A DNA stretch of 64,000 nucleotides from Nemertoderma westbladi (taxonomy: Eukaryota; Animalia; Xenacoelomorpha): contig JAUCBJ010000657.1 in assembly GCA_032718475.1 (NCBI GenBank), positions 1-64,000 on the forward strand, written 5' to 3'. Below the pieces are notes generated by a model. That model made no database searches. It was not told where the DNA came from and saw only the letters and a program-made list of their open reading frames with translations. Made by a program: the position numbers and the translations under genes. This document shows, one piece after another, positions 1 to 11,780 of the stretch (positions are counted from its first letter, which is position 1; the number at the start of each line of letters is the position of its first letter).

Positions 1-659
1 CTGCCTACCATAATGTATTCCGTCTTAAAAACAGTCAATTTTATTGCTTTTTTCCCCCCCAATAATGTAAGCAAGCATCACTTCTTTAAATTATCTCCAT
101 TGGGAAGCTACTGTACTACAGTACCTCCCCCCGGGATTGTATCATCTGACATTGGGTCCCAGTCCCATCACTCACCTGCGGTACTATCCATTGCATCTTT
201 GCTCATCTTCCTAATTTATCCATGACTTGATATTCCAGCCAGTTCGACTACCATACCCTATTGAAGGTGCCGTACTGTTATTTTAGTTGTTACTCCCCCA
301 TTCCTCTTACCCGGTATGGAGAAATGGAAGGGGTTAATGTTAGTTTATTTTTTAAATTGTACTTTTTCGCTCGAATATTCCCTACAATCGGGAGCAAAAG
401 TTTACTTTTCTTCTTTTTCTCTAGGGAAAAAGTAATCCATAGGATTGCCGTGATTTTACTTTTTTCGCGGCGTAAAATTAAAACAAAACATTTTTGGTGG
501 ATTTTTTTAAATTTTATTACATGTGTTGAAAGAGCATCGACGTAGAAAAAGAGTGCATGTAATATGAGCCAAATCTACTCATGCACGCACTTAAAAGTTA
601 TTGCAACTTGTAATGCCGCATCTTTTGCAAAAAACGACGTTGCAATTGGATTTCTACTT

Positions 660-1620
660 TTCGATGTGGGTGCCACCTCAAAATTTGGTCTCCAGCACCA
701 AATTTTTTGAAATTTTCGAATTTTACAAAGTCATTCGTGATTTAGTAATTATTCATGTTTGGGCTATTTTTATTTATTTTTATTGGTTTGGATCACTCTA
801 ATGCTCTATACAAGTATGTAAGTGTAGTGGTACGTCATTTTTGGAGCACCAAAATTAGGGCGTGGCACTTTAAAATTTCAAAATTACTTTATTCGGAAAA
901 TTTACTAAAGTTTTGATTTCGAAGCATTTTTATTGGTTCTCTGAAGCGCCGAATCGATTGAAAGTAATATAGAAGCCTGAAGACTTAGTGGATCGCTATG
1001 TTTGGTGCACCAAAATTAGGGCCTGGCACTTCAAATTTTGAAAAATACGAGATTCGGAAAATACACTAAAGTTTTGATTTCAAATTATTTTTATAGGTTT
1101 TCTGGAGCGCTGAATCGATTGAAAGTAATATAGAAGCCTCAAATCCTTGGTGTACGTAATTTTCGGGGCACCAAAATTAGGGCGTGGCACTTCAAATTTT
1201 CAAAATTACTTTATTCGGAAAAGTTTGGATTTCAAAAAATGGCTAACCTCTAAGTCTTCAGGTTTTTATACTACTTTCAATCGATTCAGCGGTCTAGAAA
1301 ACCTATATAAACGCCTTAAAATTTCAATTTTGGTTTATTTTCCGAAACTCGTATTTTTCAAAATTTGAAGTGCCACGCCCTAATTTTGGCTCACCAAAAA
1401 TGGCGAACCACTAAGTCTTCAGGCTTCTATATTACTTTCAATCGATTCAGCGGCCCAGAAAACCTATAAAGATGCGTTGAAATAAAAAATTAAGGGCATT
1501 TTCTGAATATCTAATTTTTCAAAATTTGAAGTGCACGAAAAATAGCATCCACTTTAATTTTTGGAAATGGAATATAATCACATTCGATTCAGCGTCTTGA
1601 AAAACCTACTAAATCTAGCC
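660..1620. repeat. Foldback-like array of ~160-bp units, probably the interior of a non-autonomous DNA transposon
   Basis: GCACCAAAATTAGGGCGTGGCACTTCAAATTTT-like unit recurs at ~846, ~1007 and ~1168, then in reverse complement at ~1360-1400 and partly ~1520. Its palindromic AAATTTGGT..ACCAAATTT motif resembles the interior of the MITE at 47002-48567. Confidence 0.6.
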
Positions 1621-1739
1621 AAAACTGCCACACTATTAGTTTTTAGAAAACGAAAAATTTTGTAATTTTGTCCTGGGACTACTTATATTTTTCATCAAAA
1701 TTATGAGTCCCTGCTTATGAAATTTTAACTTTTTAAGGT

Positions 1740-2852
1740 TGTAGTGTCCATCTATAAAATGGACACTACTGTTCGCGCTTTTAGACCTTTAGCAGTTTAA
1801 CCTGCACATTTTAGTTGTCCTTTTGTTTATAAATCGACTTTAGCCTATATCAATTACCTAGTGTACTGAACTGTGGCCATCTAGTTGTGATTAGTATAAG
1901 TCATAACTCTGTTTTTATACTTAAAGCGCCACGTCCTAAAGGAACTGTTAATATTTCCCCGAAAGTAAATATATTGTTAGAGATTATATAGTAACGATTA
2001 ATCGAATAATACAGTAGGTCTACACTGCAATCACTATCAAGGAATCCGAATCCAGTCTCCCAAAACCGTGGGTGATAGGTCGCGCACGGACTGGGCGTAA
2101 ATAGCGCATTCTTTAGGAGATGCTTTATTAACCTTCACACTACTTCACACGACTTCACACGACTTCACACTACTTCACACTAATCTGCCGACCGTATCTG
2201 AATTTGATCATATATAAGGAGGATCGCAACTGACACATGTAGGGATTATGAAATAGCATTTAATTTACACAAAACCAATATAATGTAAGTCGCAGTTGCT
2301 ACCGGTAAACCTGTTCCTCTTACCTTCAGTAATCAAGAAGATTGGGGGTTTTATGATTATTTATTGGTATTCTCCAAATATAACAGCAATATCCATTAAC
2401 ATAACAACAATTAATAACATAAGTAAAATAATGCGGTGAACAGTCAGTATGTGTTACTTATGCAGTTATGAAATGTGCAAATGAGATGCAATGTTAATAG
2501 TTTTACGTTCTTATAATCAAGGCCATCTGATGTTTAGGCCAAAGTCTGAAACTTCTACACAGAAGTACAGAAGATTCCGAGCTGGTTCTGGTGCTGAGAA
2601 AAAGGTAAACAAAGACCGCAATACATTGCGCGGGTTTCCATAGGCCTCTGTCCGACATAAGGGGAAAATCGCTCTGATTGGCTAAATAGGCAGAACAAAG
2701 AAAAGTTCCACGTCCACAGAGAATCAGCTGATAGATGTCGTCACACCAGCTCCAATTCCTTCCCGTCGCGTAGTTGGACAAATTCAGGGCTATTTTAGAG
2801 TATTCTGCGCATTGCGGAAAAATGACTTGTTATGTCCGCAAAAGCTTTTACA
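1740..2852 (-). mobile_element. Probable 3' LTR of a third, truncated LTR retrotransposon (likely BEL/Pao-related)
   Basis: TG..CA termini. On the - strand it is preceded by TTTTCTGGGAGCGG, nearly identical to the inner BEL element PPT (TTTTCATGGAGCGG). CCAAT (~2676), TATA-like (~2511) and AATAAA (~2360) occur in order on the - strand. No partner LTR in the window. Confidence 0.6.
2133..2182. repeat. 10-bp tandem repeat CTTCACAC(T/G)A x5
   Basis: Directly visible. Confidence 0.9.
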
Positions 2853-2866
2853 CCGCTCCCAGAAAA
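2853..2866 (-). promoter_or_regulatory. Polypurine tract of the third LTR element
   Basis: Minus strand reads TTTTCTGGGAGCGG|TGT, abutting the LTR. Confidence 0.6.
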
Positions 2867-2899
2867 TGGGATTTAGGTCTATAAAATATAAAAATCACA

Positions 2900-5093
2900 G
2901 TTTCTAAAATACAAAAATACTCTAAACTATTAGTCCTTCTTAAGTGAATGGCGTTTACAAAGTTTTTGAGGCTAGTAAGAGTCCTTTTCTCTTTGGGGCA
3001 AGCCACTTTACTAGGAGGGCTATAACTCCTGGGTGAGGAATGCAATACAATTGCATCGGAAGGTTTAGGGTTACGGTCGGTGTGTCCGCCGGTCGAGGTA
3101 CCCGGTTGATCAATATCAACCTCAGTAGTACGAGGTCGAATGACCTTTAGAGCGCGTTTCAGACAGCAGCTCTTACTGGTGCCTGTCGGGTCTTTTGCAC
3201 GAGAGCGGTAGGTTGACCGTGAGTAGTGAGAAATTTCCTCGGTTTGATGTTTCTGGCCCTATGTTCATATGGTCGTCTATGAACTTCTTGTAGCTCTGGA
3301 TGCGAGTTTAAGAACAAGTCACCGTGGGATTTATCAATGGTAGAAACTTTAAACTGTGTGTAGGATCTTCAGGTTTCACCATATAATATTGAGTTAAATT
3401 GACATAATAAGGGTGGTCTTTGATCCCATAAAATGAGTTCGGTAAAGGTCTAGCGCGTAGGTTGACCTCATGTACCATACGACGGACAAGATCCGCTCGA
3501 TTGTCCGGAGGTTCAACGAGTATACTGTCGACACGAGCTGCCTCGATTGGCGGACGTTGTAACATAGGAGCGTCAGCGATAAGATCTCTAGATCTTAAGT
3601 TGATATCAACCGGTTGGGGTTGTACCGTGGCTAAGAGTTTGTCTCCGAAATGGGGAACCATCGGAGGATGAATGATGGTTTTGGAATAGAGATCAGTCAT
3701 AATGATTTGAGCTTCTGGTTGGGCTAAAGCTGCTTCTTCTCTCTCATCCATTTCGATGTGTTTCTCCTCGAGCTGATTTTCCTCCGCTTGTCGTTGGAAG
3801 CGTTCGTCCAGAAACTCTTGTAGAGAGTAGGTTCATCTAAGTTCGATATCTTCTTCGAGATTCTGGATTTCCCGATCTAACTGTGGTAAGGCCAATTCCT
3901 TTACCGCTTGGACTTGCTGCTGCAATTTACATTTATCTAAACAATCATAGGTTCCTTTTCTGATCTTTTGTCGAATAGCGTCTAACGCGTTTCGTACATC
4001 GCTCTCCTCCACCTCGGTGACGGGTTGTATCGGGGTTAAACCAGGATGATTATACAGGTTGAACGGCGATATTAAATGTCCGCATCCCAATCCGGCTAGG
4101 TAGGATGTGCGAATATCTAGGGAGCCCACAACCGGAGTGCCACCGACTAATTGCTCGGGTAACACTAGATCTTTGAACAATGAGTACACAGTTCAGGAGG
4201 ATCCGTCATACTATTAGGATCAAGAGTCTGAGGTGTCACCAGGGAATGGGGAGGTCTGACCGAGTATTCCAGAACTCTGATCATAGGTTTATTTAAAGAT
4301 CATTTGAGTCGAGCGAGCGTAGGTGATACGTCGAACAAGTTTCGCTCGAAACTCCCGTAAGTGTAGCGAGTAAAACTGTGTTTAGCGCAACGTCTCCGCG
4401 GATGTTTATGTCTTTCCGTTTGTTGGTTGGGTCTAGGGCATTCGTCGCAATAATACCAAAGACACATGTCTTGTAGGGGAAACGCGGGTAATCTTTCTCC
4501 AGTTTTACAATATTCCTCCATCTGTTCGAAGCTATCCGGTACAACAGGTAGCGGTCGATCGGCGGTAAGATACATCATAGTGAAATAGAGTCGTTTGAGT
4601 TCTATCATAGGGTTATGATGTATACCTTGAAGATAACGAGTTTCTAGATTTTGTTGACTGGCTACATTGAGATATGTTTCTCTCAAGAATTCCAAATATT
4701 CGTTGAAGTCACTGTTTTTATCTGGTTCTTCAACGTCTTCTCTTTTTCGTGTTCGATTCTCAGTTTATCATTCCGACTCTGCTGGGTATGATATTTAAAC
4801 AAGATCATTTCCCTTTTGGTGTCTACATCGTCTGTATCGTGTTAATCGATAGGATGACCAGTAGTTAAGAAGTCCATATACATACCATTACGATGCGTAT
4901 AGCGAGCGGTGAATTTTCTATAGTCCAATTCATGCGTGAGCTGTTCCTTTGACATTGGCGGTACGATATAACGGCCATCGTCCTCCGTAGTAGGTTGACT
5001 AGCGTCGCCGCTTATTAAACTATCAACAAACGCTTGCAATGGTAGGATATATCGCTCCCTGATACCAAGATCATCTTCTATCAACTCAGTCAT
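2900..5093 (-). pseudogene. Disrupted long ORF of unknown function in the env/accessory position of the third LTR element
   Basis: ORFs 4842-5093, 4300-4695, 3833-4189 and 3308-3751 are collinear. The last two are in one frame separated by a single stop (ELR*TYSLQEF). No domain recognised. Confidence 0.5.
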
Positions 5094-6169
5094 GTCTGTT
5101 ATATGAGTTTATCGATATTATCATTAATTATATTTAGGCTAGCGGTCGTCGCTGCCTCCCCCTCAATACCCCGGACAGCGCAAGATCCTCAGCGCTGATG
5201 TACTGTCATCGCTGTGCCTCTCGCCAACGTAGTAGCTACACAACAACAACAATAACCAGCGCGAGTCACTCCACTGTCCGTCCCAAGGGCTTAGAATTAC
5301 TTCAGGTTCTTGCTACAGAGGCAGGGTAACTTTCACAACTGCGACTCGCTACTGTAAACACACTCTAGTAGTAACATTCACCTATAAATGCACAAATTCC
5401 ACACACCTGTCACAAATTGTACATATTCGGGCCATTTGTCCGTTAGTCAAGTGCCTTCCAGAATGCCACGTTATTATTATGTATCCCTGGATACTAGCAG
5501 GGTGCTATTTATTCCGCATGCTATTCAATGTGGCAAGCTTTCTATTGTTCTTTTAACTCGCTTCTAATTCTAGCGTGGTTGTTGCTATGGTGACATTATG
5601 GAAAGCTAGCAGTAGAATTATGGTAATTCTCATGCATACAGATCTGGGATGCTATTTAATAGTAATTCTTTAATTGTCAATATTCCCCTTTAAACATGAT
5701 TTTAAGAATTTTATCGGCTATTGACTATACATTGGAGATTCTCGCACACTAATATACTTAATAGGGTGAATCTGATTCTAGAAATTTGTCTTTCAAGTAT
5801 ATCGGTGGGTGCCGCTATATTTTAATCGACTAGAATTTCAGATAGTCAAAGGGTTTAACAGATTTATTTTGCGTTTTACGCTACTGTTAAATGGACATCA
5901 TTCTACTATATGTATTATTTAATATACGGTATGAGAGCAATATTGCAAGAAGCAATGTCAGTGAGAAGAGGCAAGTCGTTTCCAAGGTCTACCCAGAGCT
6001 TGGTTTAGCCGAAACACGAGGATCTGAACTTTGCATTCCTAATACTCTACTTACCAATAATACTTAAGTATAGTAGGGGCAGTATTGTACTTTTAATAAG
6101 TACGGACATTTCATCTTACTGTAGTCACGTATTTATAGTATGATACGGACAGTAAGGAAAGAGACTTCC

Positions 6170-6745
6170 AATGACTTCCAGTACCTTGGATCATGGATAG
6201 AGAGTAGCAAAAAGGACATAGAAGTTAGGAAAGCAAAGGCTTGGGTAGCTCTATCAAAAATGGATACCATCTGGAAATCAGATCTCTCCAGGCACCTGAA
6301 GACTAAGTTCTTTCGAGCCACAGTGGAAAGTGTATTTTTATATGGGGGTGAGACCTGGACACTAACTAAATTACCTGAACAACGAATTGATGGTTGCTAC
6401 ACAAGACTACTAAGGGCAGCCCTAAACATCAGCTGGAGACAACACATGACAAACGCCGAGCTTTATGGTACAATACCACCTGTATCAACCACCTTCCATG
6501 AACGCAGATTAAGATTCAGTGGGCACTGCTGGCAAAGTAAAGACAAGGTCATACCAGATCTACTTTTCTGGCAACCAATTCATGGAAAGCGTAGTCGTGG
6601 ACGACCGGCCATAACATATATAGATCAACTTGAAAGGGATACTGAACTTAGGAGAAACGAAATTGCGACAACTATGGAGAATCGGGAAGCCTGGAAGGAT
6701 CTCATTTACACTGTCCGAGTTCGCTCGACCTAGTAGTAGTAGTCT
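6170..6745 (+). mobile_element. 5'-truncated RTE-like LINE 3' end with (TAG)n tail
   Basis: DFQYLGSW, FRATVESVFLYGGETWTL, RRLRFSGHC and RSRGRP motifs of the RTE ORF C-terminus; stop at 6733 followed by TAGTAGTAGT. Confidence 0.9.
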
Positions 6746-6747
6746 AC

Positions 6748-7035
6748 TGCTGATGTTTAGGGCTGCCCTTAGTAGTCTTGTGTAGCAACCATCAATTCGT
6801 TGTTCAAGTGATTTAGTCAGTGTCCAGGTCTCACCCCCATATAAAAATACACTTTCCACTGTGGCTCGAAAGAACTTAGTCTTCAGGTGCCTGGAGAGAT
6901 CTGATTTCCAGAGGGTAACCATTTTTGATAGAGCTACCCAAACCTTTGCTTTCCTAACTTCTATATCCTTTTTGCTACTCTCTATCCATGATCCAAGGTA
7001 CTGGAAGTCATCGACCTTCCTTAGTTGATTATTTT
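6748..7035 (-). mobile_element. Distal piece of the RTE-like LINE split by the outer BEL element
   Basis: Joining across the TSD restores ...ILTTIEN-NQLRKVDDFQYLGSW with the 36493+ piece. It is an inverted, slightly diverged match to 6170-6432. Confidence 0.9.
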
Positions 7036-7587
7036 TGTGACGGGATCCAGGAAGGATCCCGATTTATCTGGTTGTTTAATTCACTCGTCCCCGCCGTGCG
7101 TATGAAAGGTAAAAAGGGAATCCGTGTCGTTCGTTGTATATAATAACTGATATAGATATAGGGTATATAGATATAGGTGTACGGATAATGTTGTCGTATA
7201 CAGAAGGCGGGATACGGTAATTAAAGTCCCGGTCCTTCCCTAGCTAAACTAACTAACCTAAACTAGCACCAATATTACACTGAGATAACTGAACTGATAT
7301 GATTACTGCCAAGTGGCTATATTGCACGGTTTGCCTTGTTACTCTACCTAATCGATGCCTTTCCCCCCTCTGATTGGTTGATACCCTTGTTGGCGCCCTT
7401 TGGAGTGTTCCCGTTCACTCCACCTGTTCTCTCTGGGTTAGGGGTTTGGCCCCTGACCCTCATTGTGTGCTTCTCCTTCCCATTCTTATTGGGGTGGCAC
7501 GAGTGATTGATTACCCAATCTCGTGGCCCCCAATATTGCTTGTCGGCTTAACTTTATGGGGTGTTAGCGGGATTGAATAAGCTAACA
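7036..7587 (-). repeat. 3' LTR of outer BEL/Pao element
   Basis: Direct repeat of 35941-36492 with about 6 substitutions seen by eye. Confidence 0.97.
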
Positions 7588-7604
7588 CCCCCCCCCCCCC
7601 CATG
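7588..7604 (-). promoter_or_regulatory. Polypurine tract of outer element
   Basis: Minus strand CAT(G)n directly before the TG of the 3' LTR. Confidence 0.85.
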
Positions 7605-8258
7605 CTATCTTCCCGGTAAGAAGATAGCATCAACCAAAAAGTGCGCTACAATCCCGCTGGATCCCGATCTAGTATCGGGTGTGGGGTGGAATTCTTTTCT
7701 CTCGGAGCCGGCTTTCCAGGCCGCTCCCTATGGGCATGATAACGCTACCCTTTATGCCTGGCGTCCCATGTCGGGCCGATCGCGCTCACCTCTCACGCGA
7801 CTTTTGTTTCCCCAACACTTTCGCCCTATCTCTTCTCCACTCTCACCCCAACTCTCTCATACCCTCGGACCTCCTCGTCCCTCACTCAGCCTCTTATTCT
7901 CCCCCCCACACACTAGAATTGCGTCCGCACTCTCTTCGCACTTCGCACTATTACTCCGTCCCTCAACCCCACTTTGACTACCTCATCCCTTCTGACGAAT
8001 CTCACCCCCCTCCCATGCCGTCGCACTCAAGAAGTGTGAAATCGTCTGGTGTCTCGTCCATAGTGCCATAGTCAGTTTACCCCCCAGTCCCAGTAGCTAA
8101 TTGAGAAAGGTTGTATGACTATAGTACTTACTCCGAACGTATATATTTGTAGATTACTGATTGCTACGTATGTACATACAAATTGTACTTATATGATTAT
8201 TCACATTAATTAAATTTGTACATAGTTCGCACGTCTCACGTGGCGCCTTCCAGGCGCA

Positions 8259-9165
8259 CTACATCAAAGCCTCAGTCCATCCCTCCTTGGCGTCCGTGGT
8301 GTCCCCGAAAGTTGCACTTTGGACATCGGTTCTGCAACCGTGGACACGCTCCCATCCTGTGGCTCGTCTCGTGGCAGTAGAGATAGCTGGTCCCTTCTGG
8401 AACCGGTACAAGCAGCTCCTTTCCTGGTGGGTCTGTCTCCCACAGTAGCCGCAACCGAGTACCAATGTCTCCCGCCCCACGTCATCTTTCATCCCAAGCG
8501 ATCTCCGCGGTCTGTGGAGTCGCTGATAGGCGAACTTCTAGACGTTAGCGTCCCTGTCTACATCGATCTCCTCGCCCCTCCCGGGCATCGTCTCTCCGAA
8601 TACTACCCGTGGTGCCGTCTCCGGTTGCTTGCCCAACCTGATAGTGCTCCCCGCGAAATCCATCGCCGGCTCCTCGTGCACCCAGGCCCACTTGCCGGGT
8701 TTGTCCCAGAAGACTCTCGCCCCACTGGCCGTCACCACCCTCCCGCCAACCCAGTCCGTGTCCGAGTGGCCTATCCTCTCGATGGGCGGCATCTCTCCGA
8801 ACTCGTCGTCGTCCACGTCCTCCTCTCGCAGTGGTCCCAACCCCGGTATCCCGGTGGACCCACTATGTCCCTTCCCGCCTTGGCTCTCGCCCGTAGCTCT
8901 CCATCCCTCTAGCTCCCTTAACTTCCTTTGCGGTTGTTCGCCCTCGGCGCCCGCAGGTATGGGCATCGCTTGCAATCCTGACGTCGACTGTTTCGGTGAT
9001 CCCACCGTCCACCCCAGTTCTTTCCCTAGAGACTCCCCCGAACTCCCTGACGAAGCCCAACGAAGTTCGTCTAAGGCTGCTTATTCCTCGAAGCCGTAGC
9101 TCTGCGCCCTAGCTTCCTCATCCCTCTCCTCTGCTTTTCTCCTCTCTCACAAGTTTGCCTGCCAT
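8259..9165 (-). pseudogene. Disrupted accessory ORF3 of outer element, with three (partly degraded) CCHC zinc knuckles
   Basis: Fragments in different frames: CGYCGRQTHQERSC, (Y)LYCHETSHRMGAC-PRLQNR-CPKCNFRGH. Lies between pol and the 3' LTR, same strand as pol. Confidence 0.7.
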
Positions 9166-9539
9166 CTCGAACTCTGCCCGATCGCTCACTCGTAGGTGGT
9201 GCCTTGCCAAGGCGCAAACGTAATGAGTAATGGGTTTAGGTGGTTTAAGTTCAGTTCGATGGCCTATCTCTTTCTGAATTTCTGAGTTATTGCCTATTCT
9301 TACTACTGTTACCATAATTTGTTCCCCTTCTTAGCCCTATTCTTATTCTAATTTTATTTTGATTTAATTTCAATCCTACTACCTTACTGTTTCCTATTAC
9401 TTGCTACTGCCTATGGATTATTCTATCTCCTAATCCACATTCTGGCCTACTCTGTGGGCCTGTGCAGTACAGCAGTATGTGTCGCGCGGCCTACACGATC
9501 TATCCAACTGTACTCATATGCCCCCCTCTCGCTACTAAC

Positions 9540-9865
9540 TGCTAACCAATATCTATATCTTATATACCCTTCTACCTCTTACTCTCTCTCTAACTAACGG
9601 TACTATGTACCCTCTAACTCTAACTTTCTCTCTAACTAACGGTACTACGTACCCTCTAACTCTTCTCCAACTAACGGTACTACGTACCCTCTAACTCTCT
9701 ACCTAATGGTACTACGTACCCTCTAACTCTCTAACTAACGGTACCACGTACCCTCTAACTAACTAACTAACTAACTAACGGTACTACATACCCTCTAACT
9801 CACGGTACTACGTACCTCCTAACTAACTAACTAACTAACGGTACTACATACCCTCTAACTCTTAC
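9540..9865. repeat. Irregular tandem repeat of GGTACTACGTACC mini-palindromes with (CTAA)n spacers
   Basis: About 8 copies, at ~9599, 9641, 9676, 9708, 9740, 9780, 9804 and 9840. Confidence 0.9.
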
Positions 9866-9991
9866 TATAGAATTATATTCCCTAAATGCCGTGGATTTTC
9901 AAAATTTTATTTTATTCGGATTAACTTTGTAAAGATTGCTTTGAGTTCTCATTCGTATTGGTTCTATCATTTGTGCATCTATCGGTCAAGT

Positions 9992-10078
9992 GGTTCAGTA
10001 GCTCAGTCGGTAGAGCGTTGGAAATTATATGTGTAGTAGGTATCGAGTTCGAATCCTAGTAAGTGCGAATTATTTTTT
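9992..10078 (+). ncRNA. tRNA-like Pol III cassette in U3 (not a functional tRNA)
   Basis: A box/D-arm TAGCTCAGTCGGTAGAGC and B box GAGTTCGAATCC at tRNA spacing, T6 run at 10073-10078. Acceptor, anticodon and T stems pair poorly. Confidence 0.7.
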
Positions 10079-10135
10079 GTGCAGAATTTCAACTCATTTA
10101 AATTAACCGCTACAAATTAATTGCATTTGTCTGTA

Positions 10136-10282
10136 CCAATGAGGCTGTAGTTATTTGATTGTAACCAATGTCGTGCAAGTTATATATTAGCTGGACCAAT
10201 AGCTATCTTTAAAACCTTGTTAGAACCCATAGAACAATCGAGAATTTTCTCGATTGATTGCAGCACAAATTTGCTATATAAA
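10136..10282 (+). promoter_or_regulatory. LTR Pol II promoter: three CCAAT boxes and a TATA box
   Basis: CCAAT at 10136, 10165 and 10196 (~30-bp phasing); TATATAAA at 10275-10282; AATAAA at 10400 and 10978. Confidence 0.7.
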
Positions 10283-11780
10283 GGTGCGATTTGTTCATTA
10301 GTTATCAATCTTACAACCTACTTCACAGATTATCTTATCAATATTCTGTCGTGCTTAGTTTATTCTCAGATTACATTGTATTATAATTGTATCTTCTGTA
10401 ATAAAGTCAGAATATTCTCTCAGCTTATCTATCTGTTTTACTATGGATTCACTACGGTGAACAAACTCAGGGACAGGATGGCCGGCTAGAGATCGGGTCG
10501 CAGCAATGAACGGGAACATCACGGGAATGTAGACGAGAGACAACCCGCAATACCATTTTAGAGTTATTCGCCCATCGCCTGAAAGGTTAGACAGCGTTCG
10601 ATCCTTGCTACCTAAGTGTAAGACCAAAAGATCAAAAGGTAGACGTAGTGACACGCTGTAAGCCCAAAATTACATCATAGGGACTGTACTGTCTTGATTC
10701 AGGAAAAACCCACAGTAGACCTTCACATTCCTACGGGAGGGAGAGAGAGCAGATACTAGTACGCAGATAGGACGTAGGCACACCGGTACAAGGCATACAC
10801 ATTGGTTAGGGTGCAGCAAACTGTACGCTTAACTCTTGCTAAGTACAGGTGTGTGTGCGACTATTTGCAGTACGACAGTGTCCATTACATCAGAACTTGT
10901 AGGCTAAGGGGTTGCTGTGTTTTCACCTGAATTGGGATTGTACCGTTCAGGCGGTAGGGCAGTTTACGCTAGGCGCAAATAAATTGAGGCTATCAGGGAT
11001 ATACTAACATCTACCGTGTCCCGCCAACGCCCTAATAGGAAGTTACCCGGACTACCTGGGTGACTAAAATTCTAGATAGGAGCCAGGATAGCTATTAGTA
11101 CCCGTACGCCTACAGTAGTAAACTAACACATCTCTTCTTAGTATCAGGGACCTGGTACCTAAAATTGCCGAATTCTGGGCGTAGTATTAACCTTATGCCT
11201 GAATTTGAGTCCTGGAAATACGCAAGAGGGGAAGGAACCTTATCATTCGTGAGTATTGGATCTACAAGTTACAAAATTAGAATATTCGTAAATGCATACC
11301 GTACCCAGTAATTATATATGTGAAGGAGCAAAACTGTTTTGACCGTTCAGAATTAACACACGCGCGTTAGAAATTATTTACACCTCAAAATATATAAAAT
11401 TAACTTTTGTCCGTACTGTGCTTTGCCCGCTAGTTAGACATCTCCAAATATCTGCCTGTGTACCTAGCTAGCGTCCCTTTTGCCCAACCATATAAATCAC
11501 ACCGCGGCAAAGTATACGAGCCCCTTAGTCCGTCAGTGAGTCAGCCTGATTTTAGGATTCGCTGCGCGGGATTTGTTTTATCGAAGTTTGTCTGCTCGTA
11601 GACTGTTTTCTGCCTCACCGGTTATAAGAGATCGATACTGCAATATATTCGCTTACTTAGAGTTTACTGTTTTGGTGAGAAGGTCAGATTTATGATTTGA
11701 TTTACAAACTTTACAGTAGGATATTGCAGGTATTGTTACCGTCTTTTCGCATAGTAGGAATAGGCGTATCTCTTCAAATA

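Larger units (their letters stand above)
9866..11780 (+). repeat. 5' LTR of inner element (TA..TA termini)
   Basis: Direct repeat of 25662-27576, bounded by the TSD. Confidence 0.97.

Noticed and set aside
6170-7012. Twin-priming 5' inversion of one LINE
   Set aside because: Orientation is tail-to-tail and the overlapping copies differ at several positions, indicating two copies.
9540-9865. CRISPR-like array
   Set aside because: Spacers are low-complexity CTAA runs, the context is eukaryotic and there are no cas genes.
9992-10066. Functional tRNA gene, or element-encoded tRNA primer
   Set aside because: Acceptor, anticodon and T stems do not pair, there is no CCA, and its 3' end is not complementary to the PBS.
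10217-10654. Small ORFs in the LTRs (also 26013-26450, 7374-7580, 36279-36485)
   Set aside because: Repeated only because the LTRs are duplicated; non-ATG starts and no motifs.
10470-10760. Hammerhead or HDV ribozyme generating the primer end
   Set aside because: No CTGANGA/GAAA core or HDV-like fold recognisable by eye; an Infernal/Rfam scan is needed to exclude it fully.
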